Source: a virus
Lineage: Duplodnaviria; Caudoviricetes
DNA length: 64,000 nt
IMG/VR virus record: IMGVR_UViG_2872728642_000001
Location: 1-64,000 of that record
Strand: one strand, 5' to 3'
This document shows, in pieces, positions 16,694 through 26,514 of the stretch. The first letter of the stretch is position 1, and the number at the start of each line of letters is the position of its first letter. Made by a program: the position numbers and the translations under genes. Below the pieces are notes generated by a model. It did not search any database, was not told the origin of the DNA, and saw only the letters and a list, made by a program, of their open reading frames with translations.

Positions 16694-16964
16694 CTGGGGC
16701 CTCCCCGAATTCCTCGATCAGCGCGGCCTTCGACAACGCCTTGGCGTCGCTCTCGGGCATGCCGCGCGAGACCGCGTACTCGACCCACGCGGCCTTGTTG
16801 TCGTGCTCAGATGGGCGGGCCGGCCCGGCCGAAGCCGGACCGGACGCGTCGGCGGGCTCAGGCCCGCCGATGATCCGCCAGTTGTCCAACATGTCCAGGC
16901 AGGGGTCTCGCTGTTCGAGCGGAACCACCTGCCCGGTGTTGGCGTTGCGGTAGACGTAGGTCAC
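16680..16964 (-). CDS. Small head-region protein
   Basis: 94 aa, NKAAWVEYA...KAALIE helical motif, GTGA overlap with the capsid gene. Confidence 0.55.
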   Translation of the reverse strand: MTYVYRNANTGQVVPLEQRDPCLDMLDNWRIIGGPEPADASGPASAGPARPSEHDNKAAWVEYAVSRGMPESDAKALSKAALIEEFGEAPDGED

Positions 16965-17899
16965 GCCGCGACCCCGTGGATCAGCACGGCCCTGTTGGCG
17001 TCGAGGGTCTTGACGCCGTAGAGGCAGTCCACCGACACGATGTCCTGCTTTTTGGAGATGTCGTAATCCATCACCACCCTGACCCCAAACCCCTTGTAGC
17101 TCTCCACCGCAGCGTTGGCCGCACCCTGCGGAAGCACCAAGGGCCTCGTCACCAACGCGAACGCCGTCCTGTGAAAAGCCACTCCGACCTCGGTGTTCGG
17201 CTGGCCAGCGGACGGCGTACCGGTCGGCGCGTCGATGTTCTGCGTCTGGAAGGCATCGTGACCGAAAACCCGCCTACCCAACGAAGCCTCGCGGAGACCG
17301 TCCGTGTCCCCCCTGACGTCGGCCTGATGAAACAGCGGATCCGACAGCCAGAGCGCCTCGATCTCCGGGCCGATCACCAGATGACGATCCGCCGCAGGCA
17401 CGTTCCTCTGGTTGAGGACCCTGCGCGCGTCGATCGCCGTCTTCGGGTCGTCGTACGGGTGGATCACCTCGCCGGTGACGCCCGCAGGCGTCGTCCCCGG
17501 GACGCCCACCCGCTGCACGATGTCGTTCCGCAGGCTCAGGATGTCCCGGTCGATCTTCTGCGAGATCGCCTCCATCGCCGGGTTGAGGAGCTGCGTACCG
17601 AAGTCCTCGATCTCCAAGGTCAACTCTTCGGCGGTGACCGCGAAGGAGACGTCGCTGAAGTGGTTCAGCGTGATCGGCACGCTGCCCTCGGACGCGTTCT
17701 GAATCTGGATGCCCTGCGCCCTGTTGAACTCGTTCGCCTGGAACACAGCGGGCTTCCGCACGGAGATCGTGTCACCCACACGAGATACGAACTCCTGCTC
17801 ATAGTCACGGTGGACGAGCTGAGCCATCACACACGTCTCATAGAGCGTGGCGAGCGCCGCCTTGGCGATGATGCTCGGGGTCAGGAAAGTGTTAGCCAT
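16961..17899 (-). CDS. Major capsid protein (P22-coat-like family)
   Basis: MANTFLTPSIIA, VHRDYEQEF..RVGDTI.VRKP, and D.LYGVKTLD. Confidence 0.88.
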   Translation of the reverse strand: MANTFLTPSIIAKAALATLYETCVMAQLVHRDYEQEFVSRVGDTISVRKPAVFQANEFNRAQGIQIQNASEGSVPITLNHFSDVSFAVTAEELTLEIEDFGTQLLNPAMEAISQKIDRDILSLRNDIVQRVGVPGTTPAGVTGEVIHPYDDPKTAIDARRVLNQRNVPAADRHLVIGPEIEALWLSDPLFHQADVRGDTDGLREASLGRRVFGHDAFQTQNIDAPTGTPSAGQPNTEVGVAFHRTAFALVTRPLVLPQGAANAAVESYKGFGVRVVMDYDISKKQDIVSVDCLYGVKTLDANRAVLIHGVAA

Positions 17900-17924
17900 T
17901 CGGGCCTTTCACCTCTTCAGGAAG

Positions 17925-17946
17925 CTAAAAGCGGTGCCGCTTCTAG
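17925..17946. promoter_or_regulatory. Dispersed motif, copy 4
   Basis: CTAAAAGCGG-TG-CCGCTTCTAG upstream of the capsid gene. Confidence 0.7.
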
Positions 17947-17949
17947 TGA

Positions 17950-18711
17950 TTAGGACGAGGCGCGCTTCTTACGCCTGGCGCGGAACTCGTCGATGGAGGG
18001 CTCGGAACTCGACGCTCGCTCACCAGGCCCGCCGGTGAACTCGCCTCCGCTCCTGGCTGGCGGCCCCGCCTGGGTGGCCGCCTTGAACTTCGGGTTGTTC
18101 TCCACCGAGGTCGTGATGATCTCGGTGAGTGAAGTGGAGAAGTCGTCAGCGTCCGGATCCATGTCCCGGACCGCCTTCAAAAAGCTCCTGCTGTCGAGCA
18201 GGGCGTCCGGATCCGCGCCGGCCTTCTGGCTGGCACGGTGGACCGCGAGCTCGATCAGGGCGCGGCGGTGCCGCTCCCTCTCCGAGTCGCGTTCCTTGGC
18301 CGTGGTGTCCCGCTCGGCCGTCAGCGTCTCGATCACCTTCTGCGGGTCGATCGGCTTCTCTTCCTCAGCCGCCAGGCCCAGGGCCTTGGCAATCTGCTGA
18401 GCGAAGTCCGTCTTGACCTGCTGGGTGATCTCCTCCTGCGACGGCCCTTGCTGGGCGGTCGCCTCGTCGGCCGTCTTCTGCGCGTCCTTCAGCTTGGACC
18501 GCCAGTCGGCCGCCTCCGAGCGGGTGTCCTTGATGAGCTTCTGCGCCCACGGCGGAAGCTGGTCCACCCGCTTCGCGTCGGGGTTGACCGCCGTATCGTC
18601 GGTCGCCGACTGCTCGGGCGGCGTGACCTCGGCCCCAGCCGGAGGGTTCTGCTCCTGCTGCGGCTGGCCTTCGCCGCTTCCATCGGTGGTCGGCACAGTG
18701 TTTTCAGGCAT
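17950..18711 (-). CDS. Capsid scaffolding protein
   Basis: LPPWAQK.I...R.EAA, coiled coil, ALLDSRSF; precedes the capsid gene. Confidence 0.8.
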   Translation of the reverse strand: MPENTVPTTDGSGEGQPQQEQNPPAGAEVTPPEQSATDDTAVNPDAKRVDQLPPWAQKLIKDTRSEAADWRSKLKDAQKTADEATAQQGPSQEEITQQVKTDFAQQIAKALGLAAEEEKPIDPQKVIETLTAERDTTAKERDSERERHRRALIELAVHRASQKAGADPDALLDSRSFLKAVRDMDPDADDFSTSLTEIITTSVENNPKFKAATQAGPPARSGGEFTGGPGERASSSEPSIDEFRARRKKRASS

Positions 18712-18786
18712 GACGAGATCGCCCTCCTGGAGCGTGTCGTCGGAACATGGGAAAGGCCCGCGCCTGGCGAGCCCGAGAATGCGCGT

Positions 18787-20106
18787 CTATGCGCTCGAGC
18801 GGGTTTCCTGCTTGGCTGCGGCCTCGTCGCGGCGGTTCATCTCCTGCTCCAGTCGGGCCAACGCCTGCTCGTCGTGGCCGAACTTGCTGGCCAGGTCAGT
18901 GAGCTGCTTGTCGGTCAGCTCATCCAGGTCTGCGGGCGGCGCGTTGTCCTTCTCCCGCCCGGTCTTGCGCCGCAGCCCTGTTGCCTTCGCCAGTTCCTTG
19001 AGCTGCCGCTGATAGTCGGCCGTCTTGGCGTCCGCTTTCGCGCGGGCATCGTCGTCGAGCGCAACCGCCGCGCGCCGCTTGGTCTCCCGGACCTTCCGCT
19101 CCAGGTAGCGCTGCCGCTGCGACTCCCTGTAGTTGGCCTTCGACTGCACGACAGGCGCTGGCCTCGACACACCAGGGAGGTAGGCGTTCAGGCTGTGCCC
19201 ACAGTTCGGGTGCAGCAGACCCGCCAGCCGCGCTTCCGCGACCGTCCCAGCGACATGGACGAACACCTGCACGCCCGTCGCCGGGTTCTCCTCCACGCGC
19301 ATCCCGGCCGCCCCGGACAGGGCCAGCACCTCGCCCTCCCAGCGGGCGCACCGGTCGCACGTGTACGGCAGCCGCGACACGCTCACCAGGTTGATCCCGG
19401 CCTCGCGCAGCGTCGCCAGATGCCCGTCCACCGCCGCCCGCGCGGTCGCCGTCCGCATGGCCATCTCGGCGTAGCTGGCCATGCTCCATGTCCTGGGCGG
19501 GTTGGACAAGTCGGTGAAGCCCTTGATGCCTTCGGCCGTGAACCGGTCGAGTGCCCGCTGCGCCGCCTCCCGCCGAGTCTCCGCGCCGATCAACGCTCGG
19601 CTGGCCGCCTCAGCGATGACGTTGCGGTAGAGGTCGTCCACCGCACGCAGCGCGCCCTCATGCACCGACGTGACCATGCGGACGGTCTGCGCGGCCAACT
19701 CCGCAACGCCCTGGCCGGCGTTGATGCCCCGGCTCGCGCCAAGGTTCTTCGCGTCCTCCAGCACCTTGGCCAGCCGCTTCCGCACCTTCCGGTCATGGAC
19801 CTGCAGCACGGCACCGCGCACCGCGGCATCCATGCCTGCGGCCCACGTGTCCAGCACCGCGGCCTGTGCGGCTGCCCTCGAAGCGGCCTGCAGACGGCGG
19901 ACGATCGCTTCGGCTTCCTTGCGGAGCTGGGTCACCTCGGCGAGCCGCTTGTCCGCCCAGTCGTCGCCGTCGTCGTTGTCGAGGTCCTTGCCGACTCGCG
20001 CCGCGATGCGTTCCAGCAGCGCCATCTCCGCGTCGGCGTACATGGCGGCAACCTTCCGCGCTTGCTCCAGGCCCTCCTCGATAGCGGCGGCTGGAGTGAT
20101 CGACAT
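18787..20106 (-). CDS. Minor capsid protein (SPP1 gp7 / Phage_min_cap2-like)
   Basis: W....YAEMA.RT and GL.HPNC.H motifs; follows the portal. Confidence 0.8.
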   Translation of the reverse strand: MSITPAAAIEEGLEQARKVAAMYADAEMALLERIAARVGKDLDNDDGDDWADKRLAEVTQLRKEAEAIVRRLQAASRAAAQAAVLDTWAAGMDAAVRGAVLQVHDRKVRKRLAKVLEDAKNLGASRGINAGQGVAELAAQTVRMVTSVHEGALRAVDDLYRNVIAEAASRALIGAETRREAAQRALDRFTAEGIKGFTDLSNPPRTWSMASYAEMAMRTATARAAVDGHLATLREAGINLVSVSRLPYTCDRCARWEGEVLALSGAAGMRVEENPATGVQVFVHVAGTVAEARLAGLLHPNCGHSLNAYLPGVSRPAPVVQSKANYRESQRQRYLERKVRETKRRAAVALDDDARAKADAKTADYQRQLKELAKATGLRRKTGREKDNAPPADLDELTDKQLTDLASKFGHDEQALARLEQEMNRRDEAAAKQETRSSA

Positions 20107-21680
20107 CAGTCCTCGCCGGTCGCGTCAGGGATCCACGTCTCGCCCAGCGTGGCCGGGTCCGGCACGTTGAGCCCAAGCTCATCGCGAAGCCGCTCCTTCT
20201 CGGCCTGGATCTGCACGTCGTCCCAGTCGGGATGCACCCACCGGACCTTCGTGTCCAGGGACACGGCTTGCGCCCGGTTCAGCATGTCCAGGGTGCGGCC
20301 CATCGACTCCGGGTCCGGCATGACACCGTCCGGCCACTCCACGGTCGCCCGCTCGGCCACGACCTTCGTCCCGAACACGGCGTGATCGACGGCCAGCATC
20401 GCCTCCGACAGCCACGCGAGCCGCGGTGTCCAGTAACCGATCTTCCGGCCACGTGTCGAGTAGGACCGGTGCTTCTCCATGTGGATCTCGGTCGCCGTCT
20501 TGGCCTGGCCACCGCTCCCCTCTGCGAACGACTGCAGCGCATACCCGGCGCCGCGAACGATCTGCTCCACCAGGTTCTTCGACGTGTCCGCATGCTCCTG
20601 CACGCGGATCTTGAACTGGCTGAGCGTAATCATGCCGCCGGGGTTCTGCGGCGACGGCAGCATGCCGCCCAGCGGGCTGTAGATCTCCCGGTCCGGATCC
20701 CACGACGCTGCCTGCCCGCGCCCGGCCGTCGTCAAGTAGATCTCCGGGACGATGATTCGCGCCTTGCCGAGCCGCAGGTCCCGCATCCAACTCGTCCACG
20801 TCTCATCCAACGCATCGAGCAGCGGTTCGACGCCCGCATAGTCCGAGCGGCCGATCGCCGTGCCCCGGATCGAACGGTGCGGCCTCATGTTCGGGATGTA
20901 CTCGACCAGCAGGCCACGCTCGAACCCGCTGTCGAACCCGCCGTCCTCGTCCACCAGCTCGGCAAACTCGGCGGTCGCCGGGTGATCCTCCAGCGGCATC
21001 TGTCGGCCCAGATGATCCTCGTCGCCCAAGTACAGGCCGTGGAAGATGCGGCCCTGTTCGTGCTTCTCCAGGTGCCGCCACACCTCGCCCGACCGGTCGT
21101 CCTCGTACACGACCCGCCAGAACGTCACCGCCTTGAGCCGACCGTTGTGGAACTCGGGCACAGCGGCGTCCGGCGGCAGCGCGTCCACGACCGGATGGTC
21201 AGCCATCGTCGTGTCCCAGCCCACCCGCAGGTAGACGCCCCCGTACGCGGCGGCCAACTCGGCGGCCTCCAGCAGGCTGCCGTACACGCCGGCCTCGTGC
21301 AGCACCGAGTCGAGCCGCTGCTGCCCCTTCTTGCCCTTCAGCTTCAGCGTCGGGGGCTCGCTGAACAGCAGGTCGGCGCTGGTGGCGGCGATGTCGGCGG
21401 CCAGCGGGATGTGAAGCTTCGTCGCCCGCGACTGCGCCGCCGGGGTGGGCGTCCCCCAGAAGTAGCGGACCGCCCGCCCGAGGTAGCCGCCGAGGCGACC
21501 GATTGGCCGGTCCCAGCCCTTCGGGTCCATCCCCACCATCGGCGCTGCCCGGTTGCCTTCATACACCTGCGCCAGCTTGTCCGGGTCACCGCCGTACCAA
21601 GCGCCGTGAGTGTCGTAGAGCCGCATCTCCTGTCGGATCGCTGGCGGCGGCCACTCCTGATTACGCTCGGGAAGCGGCAT
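20106..21680 (-). CDS. Portal protein (SPP1/A118-like)
   Basis: 524 aa, LHIPLAADIA..SADLLF, GRSDY.G...L.DALDE and R.GK.RI.VP. Confidence 0.9.
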   Translation of the reverse strand: MPLPERNQEWPPPAIRQEMRLYDTHGAWYGGDPDKLAQVYEGNRAAPMVGMDPKGWDRPIGRLGGYLGRAVRYFWGTPTPAAQSRATKLHIPLAADIAATSADLLFSEPPTLKLKGKKGQQRLDSVLHEAGVYGSLLEAAELAAAYGGVYLRVGWDTTMADHPVVDALPPDAAVPEFHNGRLKAVTFWRVVYEDDRSGEVWRHLEKHEQGRIFHGLYLGDEDHLGRQMPLEDHPATAEFAELVDEDGGFDSGFERGLLVEYIPNMRPHRSIRGTAIGRSDYAGVEPLLDALDETWTSWMRDLRLGKARIIVPEIYLTTAGRGQAASWDPDREIYSPLGGMLPSPQNPGGMITLSQFKIRVQEHADTSKNLVEQIVRGAGYALQSFAEGSGGQAKTATEIHMEKHRSYSTRGRKIGYWTPRLAWLSEAMLAVDHAVFGTKVVAERATVEWPDGVMPDPESMGRTLDMLNRAQAVSLDTKVRWVHPDWDDVQIQAEKERLRDELGLNVPDPATLGETWIPDATGED

Positions 21681-21692
21681 CGGCCACCCTCC

Positions 21693-21857
21693 TCATGTCT
21701 TCTCGATCTCCGACAGGGCGACGGCCAGTTGCGTCCAGCCGTCGGCTATGGAGACCTTGACCTCGACCATGTCCGGGTTGGGCTCGCAGTCGGCGCGCTC
21801 CAGGACGGCAGCGGCGTGAGCGGCGGCTTGTCGCCAGGTGATCGCCTGTTGGGTCAT
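21693..21857 (-). CDS. Small hypothetical (54 aa)
   Basis: MTQQAITW...; ATGA overlap. Confidence 0.55.
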   Translation of the reverse strand: MTQQAITWRQAAAHAAAVLERADCEPNPDMVEVKVSIADGWTQLAVALSEIEKT

Positions 21858-22117
21858 CCGGCCTTCACCGGCCAGTGCCACGTGCCGGGCTCTGCGCCGA
21901 GCGCGACGTTGTACTCGTGGAACCCGCCGAGCTGGCCAGGCGTGAACACCCACAGGTGGACGTGCGACTCGTCGTCCAGCGGGGGCACTGCGCCGATCTT
22001 GACGCCCTCGGGGTCGAGCGTCGTCGTGTCCGCCGTAACGATCGCGGCGCGCACGGCGTGCAGGCCCTGCCGACCGCGATAACGGACGATATCGCCGGTG
22101 GCTGGGATGCGAAGCAT
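21854..22117 (-). CDS. Hypothetical, same family as 1659-1955
   Basis: P.TGDIVRY...AAIVT...HLWVF...GTWHWP. Confidence 0.6.
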   Translation of the reverse strand: MLRIPATGDIVRYRGRQGLHAVRAAIVTADTTTLDPEGVKIGAVPPLDDESHVHLWVFTPGQLGGFHEYNVALGAEPGTWHWPVKAG

Positions 22118-22126
22118 GAAGTCTCC

Positions 22127-22423
22127 TCAGATGACAGGGACAAGCCCGCCGGGAAGGACGGGCTTCTCGACGAGAGCGGACACCCGGACCCACGCCCGGT
22201 AGGTGCCTTCGGCCAGCGCCACCGCGCCGTCACCGCCAGGGCCAACGAGGATCTTCGCGTCAGCCCCGGCGGCGCTGTGGTTGTCCCACGTTGCGGCGTG
22301 CCAGTCCGTCTCGATCGGCTCGCCGTCCTCGTTTGTGAAAGCGACTTGCACGCCTTCACCACCGGACGGGCCCTTGACGGGGATGTACAGGAACTCCCGG
22401 CTAAGGGAGAAAATCGGTTCCAT
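22127..22423 (-). CDS. Small beta-sandwich virion protein (BppU-N/Ig-like adaptor)
   Basis: A.ILVGP.G.V.LA.GTY..WVRV....EKPV pattern; GGAGG RBS. Confidence 0.55.
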   Translation of the reverse strand: MEPIFSLSREFLYIPVKGPSGGEGVQVAFTNEDGEPIETDWHAATWDNHSAAGADAKILVGPGGDGAVALAEGTYRAWVRVSALVEKPVLPGGLVPVI

Positions 22424-22436
22424 GGGGTAGTCCTCC

Positions 22437-24437
22437 CTACGTTCGCGGTGAGCCTGCGCCCCAGTCGCGGCGCGGTTCACCAGCGGAGTACCTGCGGTAT
22501 GGGGAACCCGCCGACCAGCGGCGGTAGATCGGGCCAAGCCCGGTGACGTCCCGGCCCAGGCTTGTCACGGTGGCCGTCTCGACCAGGACCGCCGCGTCCG
22601 TCGCGGACCGGGGAGCCTCGATTACGGCCTGGTCGTCGATGAAGGCGATGTCGCCAGCCGTGATCGCGGCCTCGCCCTGGACCGTCTCGACGAGCGTTGC
22701 GCTGTCGGCCGACGCCAGGCTCAGCGCGACCAACTCGACGATCTGGGCGGAGTCGCTGGCCTGCTTGAGGACGGCCACCTCGGCGACTTCTGTCAGCGCG
22801 CCGAGGTCTCCGGTCGCCGTCGCCACCGCCAGCGCCGCGAATTCGCTCAGCAGCGCGTGGTCGCTGGAGATCGGGCCGATCGTTTCGGCGATGGCCACCG
22901 ATTCGGCCAGTGTGCCGCTGTCGCCGGTGGTCACCTGGACGCCCACCTGGGCGGTTTCGGCGAAGACCGCTTGGTCAGCACCCGACCAGCCGACCGTCAG
23001 CATCGACGTCTCGATCAACGACGCTTGATCGGCGCTGGGCTGCTCGCTGGCGATGACCGCAGCTTCCGCCAGCGCCGCCGCGTCCAACGAGGAGATGTCG
23101 GCCGTGGCCGCGGCCGTTGCGCTCAGGGTTCCGGTGTCGCTGGCCGCCTTCGGGATTCCGTCCGGCAGGACGGTGACCGCAGACGCCTCCACCACGGCCC
23201 CCGTGTCGGATGCCGACTTGGTCTCCTGCGGAGGCCCAGTGACAGCCGGGGCGATGGCTAAGGTGTAGCCGGCCCGCCACTCCACCTCATCAACCGAAGC
23301 CACGAAGTTGGCCGAGGCGGTAGCCGCGTTGGACTGCAGAGCACGCGCCGCCGCTGCCAGAACGGTGTAGGTGCGCGACTGGACCCTCGTCAACGGGGTG
23401 AGCCCGGCCGGTGAGATGAAGGTCATGGTGGCGCCGAGCGCGTAGGCCGCGACCAGCCGGACCTCCAGGTCGCTTCCCGAGTCCGGGGTTATCCCTGGTG
23501 TCGTGACGTTCAGGCCGGTACCGTCTGTCGAGCGCATGATCTTCGGGACCGCCGTCAGCGACGCGTCCTTGATGGCCACGATCAAGCAGGCGCCGTCCGA
23601 GCCGCTACCCTGCGCGAACACAAACGAGGTCGGTTCGGACGACCCGGCACGCTTCCACCACACCCGGACCGCCTGGATGACGCCCAGCCCACTGGTGCCG
23701 TCCAGCGCATCCAGCGGTTGCCAGGCGCTACCCCCGCTCGGGGTCGTCATGTTCGTGGTGGTCCCGCGATCCGCCGCCTGGACCGCAAGCAGCACATCAT
23801 TCGCGACCACACCGGCGGGAGCGGTGACGTTGTAGCTCGACGAGCCGGACGTCCCCGTTGATGTCGAGCGGACTGACGGTGGTGTGCCCGCCGCCTGCGG
23901 CTCGCCCGTCCAACGCGCCTCGACCAGACGCCCGCTGTCGCTGTTGGTCTTGGCCACCTCTGGCACGTGGGCGACGCTGGCCGCCTCGGCGAGCGCTGCG
24001 CTGTCGGTGGAACTCTTGGGCGTGCCCGTGTCGGGGACGGTGAACGACAGGTTGTCGATCCAGACCGCGTCGAAGCCAAGTGGGTCGTTGACCGAGTCGT
24101 CCTTGGTGAACTGGAAGACCACCTCGGACGCGCCGGTCACGTTGATCGTGGCCTGGGCCCACGGGATGTTGCCCGACAGGGGCTCGAACGCCTGAACCCC
24201 GTCGATCAGGACGTAGAAGTCGTCCCAATCAGGCTCAGTGGAGACTCGGTAATAGAAGGTGAGACTCGTCGCCTGGGCTGGGACGGCAACCTTGGCCTCC
24301 GTGGTGCCGAGATGGTCGATGTCGAGACTCTTCAGCGACCAAGAGCCCGAAGCCGCCGAGTCCTGAGTCCTCGCCCAGTCTCCGGTGATGGTGAGGTTGA
24401 GGGTTGCGTCCTCGAAGTCCTCCAGGATGGTCGCCAC
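22437..24437 (-). CDS. Large fibre-like protein: N-terminal sugar-binding-like domain, inserted domain and ~18-aa repeat stalk
   Basis: 666 aa with 14 S/T-x-D-x-A/G-x-L-x-E repeats; N-terminal EDFED...FYYRVSTE..WD.F...IDG...WIDNL. Confidence 0.6.
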   Translation of the reverse strand: MATILEDFEDATLNLTITGDWARTQDSAASGSWSLKSLDIDHLGTTEAKVAVPAQATSLTFYYRVSTEPDWDDFYVLIDGVQAFEPLSGNIPWAQATINVTGASEVVFQFTKDDSVNDPLGFDAVWIDNLSFTVPDTGTPKSSTDSAALAEAASVAHVPEVAKTNSDSGRLVEARWTGEPQAAGTPPSVRSTSTGTSGSSSYNVTAPAGVVANDVLLAVQAADRGTTTNMTTPSGGSAWQPLDALDGTSGLGVIQAVRVWWKRAGSSEPTSFVFAQGSGSDGACLIVAIKDASLTAVPKIMRSTDGTGLNVTTPGITPDSGSDLEVRLVAAYALGATMTFISPAGLTPLTRVQSRTYTVLAAAARALQSNAATASANFVASVDEVEWRAGYTLAIAPAVTGPPQETKSASDTGAVVEASAVTVLPDGIPKAASDTGTLSATAAATADISSLDAAALAEAAVIASEQPSADQASLIETSMLTVGWSGADQAVFAETAQVGVQVTTGDSGTLAESVAIAETIGPISSDHALLSEFAALAVATATGDLGALTEVAEVAVLKQASDSAQIVELVALSLASADSATLVETVQGEAAITAGDIAFIDDQAVIEAPRSATDAAVLVETATVTSLGRDVTGLGPIYRRWSAGSPYRRYSAGEPRRDWGAGSPRT

Positions 24438-24469
24438 CGCGTCCCCTCCCCGTCAGGCAGTCGCGTGGC

Positions 24470-25021
24470 TCAGGTCAGGGAAAGCTGCACCGTGAACACC
24501 CAGCTCGCGGCGCTGGTCTTGGTGCCAAGGCCCTCTACCTTGCGGTTGAGCATCCGCCCGCCGGACGCGCCGTTGAAGATCGCCCATTCGGCCCAGGCGA
24601 AGTTGGCCTCGCTGGTCGAGAACGTCGCCCTGAAGGTGACTGTGTTGGCGGCGGCGCCGGTGCTGTCGGTGTGCTGCGGGTATCCGGCGTCCATGCCCTT
24701 GCGGACCTTGTTGGTCCCCTGAAGGTCGGTCTGCAGCGGATCCACCGCGGCGGTGCCGTCGCCGACGCCGACCCTCGCGTTGGTCGCGTCGAACGCGGTC
24801 ACGGCAGTGCCGCCGGTGAGGCGGTGCCACAGCGCGGACACCCCGCCGTACATCAGGGCGTTGCCCTCACGCTCGATCACCTCGAACGGGACGGCGTGCG
24901 GGCCGGTGTCGTCACCGTGGAACTTCTCCAGGCGCCAGGTGCAGCGCCACCGCGCGGTGTCGCGGCGGCCCACACCGGCCGCCAGGTGGCTTCCCTCGGT
25001 CAGTCGCGCGGTCTCCCGCAT
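24470..25021 (-). CDS. Tail-collar / fibre-anchor-like protein
   Basis: GVGDGT...QTDL, F...EANFAW.EW.IFN...G.MLNRKVE.LGTK motifs. Confidence 0.6.
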   Translation of the reverse strand: MRETARLTEGSHLAAGVGRRDTARWRCTWRLEKFHGDDTGPHAVPFEVIEREGNALMYGGVSALWHRLTGGTAVTAFDATNARVGVGDGTAAVDPLQTDLQGTNKVRKGMDAGYPQHTDSTGAAANTVTFRATFSTSEANFAWAEWAIFNGASGGRMLNRKVEGLGTKTSAASWVFTVQLSLT

Positions 25022-25098
25022 AGTGCCCTCCCGGACATGCAGAAGGGCCACCCGCCGCGGATGGCCCTGACGTTGTGAAATGCACAGCGTGGCGTAGG

Positions 25099-25143
25099 CG
25101 CGGCCCCGGCCTGGTAGCCCCTCAACTACAGGGCCGGGACCGC
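25099..25143. terminator. Imperfect hairpin between terL and the fibre module
   Basis: GCGGCCCCGGCCTGGTAG...CTACAGGGCCGGGACCGC. Confidence 0.4.
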
Positions 25144-25227
25144 ACCTGGTGCTCGACGCACGCGGGTGGACGTGCGGAGCAGCGCACCCCTCAGCCCGCC
25201 ACAGAACGGGGGTGCACGATCATGAGG

Positions 25228-26514
25228 TCAGTAGACCGGCTGCAGCAGCGGCAGCCAGGCCGCTTGCGTGGTGTGCAGGCCATACCTGGCAGCGTCCAGC
25301 GCGTGATCGTCCAATTTCACCGGGACGTCATCGCCCTTCTCAGCCTTCTTGTCGTCCCACGCGTACGAGCCGACCTCGTCGAGGAACCCCGACACCGAGC
25401 TATGCACCCGCAGGTGGTCAGCGCCGAGCAGGTTGGACACGGTGCGGATACCGTCGTTGACGGAGTTGTCCCCCATCGTCGGGGTGAAGCCGTCGCGCTG
25501 GAGCTGCGTGATGAACGACGCGGCGGACGGGTCCACCACCACCCACTGCGGCCGTACCCCGCGGGTGCCAGGGCCATAGGTGTCGGGGATGTTGTCCAGC
25601 CACGCGCCGAGCTTCTGGCTGTACTCGGCGTCGGTGAGTTGCTTCCGCTCGGCGCGGGAGTCCCAGCGGAACTCGCTGGCGAGGTAGATGCGCCGCTGCC
25701 CCTGGTCGTCGGGGGTGGACACGCCGATGAGGATGGCGTCGAACGGATTGACGGTGCCATAGTCAACGCCCAAGGCCAGCCACCGCTCCATGGGCGGCAA
25801 CTCGGCGACGACGTGCCGGTCCGGGTCGAACATGTCGTAGATCGCGCCCTCGGCCATGACCCAGCGGCCCTCAATGAACCGCTTGTACCAAAGCCCGGTG
25901 TACTCGGCCTTGAGCGCCTTGACGTACGCCGGATCCAACGCCGTGTTGTCGTCCAACCGGAAGTGCCAATGCCGCAGGTCAAGCTCATACTTCCGGTCGA
26001 GAAACTGCCGCTTCAACCAGTGGTTCGGAGCATCGGGATTTGTCGTCCCAAAGAGTTTGGCGCCCGTGACGCTGAGCCGGGCCAAGAGCTGGTCCCAGAA
26101 CTCCCGCTCGATCAGCGTGATCTCATCGACGTACGCCCCAGCGCAGGTCATACCCCGCAGCCGGTTCTCCGACCGGGCGTCGTTCGACGAGATGATCTCG
26201 ATACGCCGCCCGAGGATGTTCGCCGTGGGAGCACCCCGGGTGTAGATGATCCGCCGCGCGATCGGGCCGGTGATCGCCGGGTCCTGCAGCACGTCAAAGA
26301 CGTTACGGGCGATGGTGTCGCTCGTCTTGCCCACGATCACCAACGAGCCCCCGCGCGGCGCGTTGGCGACGTACATAACCCACCGCAGCAGCGAGGCGAT
26401 CGTCTTGCCCGACCGGATCGCCCCGCTCCAGATGTTCAAGCGCGCCGTGGACTCGCCGATCGACCTCAACTGCTTAGGGGAAAGGTTCAGCGGCGTCGGC
26501 GCCGGCGTGCTCAC
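25228..26514 (-). CDS. terL: Terminase large subunit
   Basis: Walker A GAIRSGKT, Walker B YVDE, TTNPD coupling motif, nuclease GVDYG...DHALDA.RY. GTG overlaps the terS stop. Confidence 0.92.
   Translation of the reverse strand: MSTPAPTPLNLSPKQLRSIGESTARLNIWSGAIRSGKTIASLLRWVMYVANAPRGGSLVIVGKTSDTIARNVFDVLQDPAITGPIARRIIYTRGAPTANILGRRIEIISSNDARSENRLRGMTCAGAYVDEITLIEREFWDQLLARLSVTGAKLFGTTNPDAPNHWLKRQFLDRKYELDLRHWHFRLDDNTALDPAYVKALKAEYTGLWYKRFIEGRWVMAEGAIYDMFDPDRHVVAELPPMERWLALGVDYGTVNPFDAILIGVSTPDDQGQRRIYLASEFRWDSRAERKQLTDAEYSQKLGAWLDNIPDTYGPGTRGVRPQWVVVDPSAASFITQLQRDGFTPTMGDNSVNDGIRTVSNLLGADHLRVHSSVSGFLDEVGSYAWDDKKAEKGDDVPVKLDDHALDAARYGLHTTQAAWLPLLQPVY

Noticed and set aside
18711-18789. Minor capsid TAG is in frame with the scaffold ATG through 25 sense codons (possible read-through)
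   Set aside because: One-in-three chance, stops are rare at this GC, and the scaffold has its own AGGAGG RBS.
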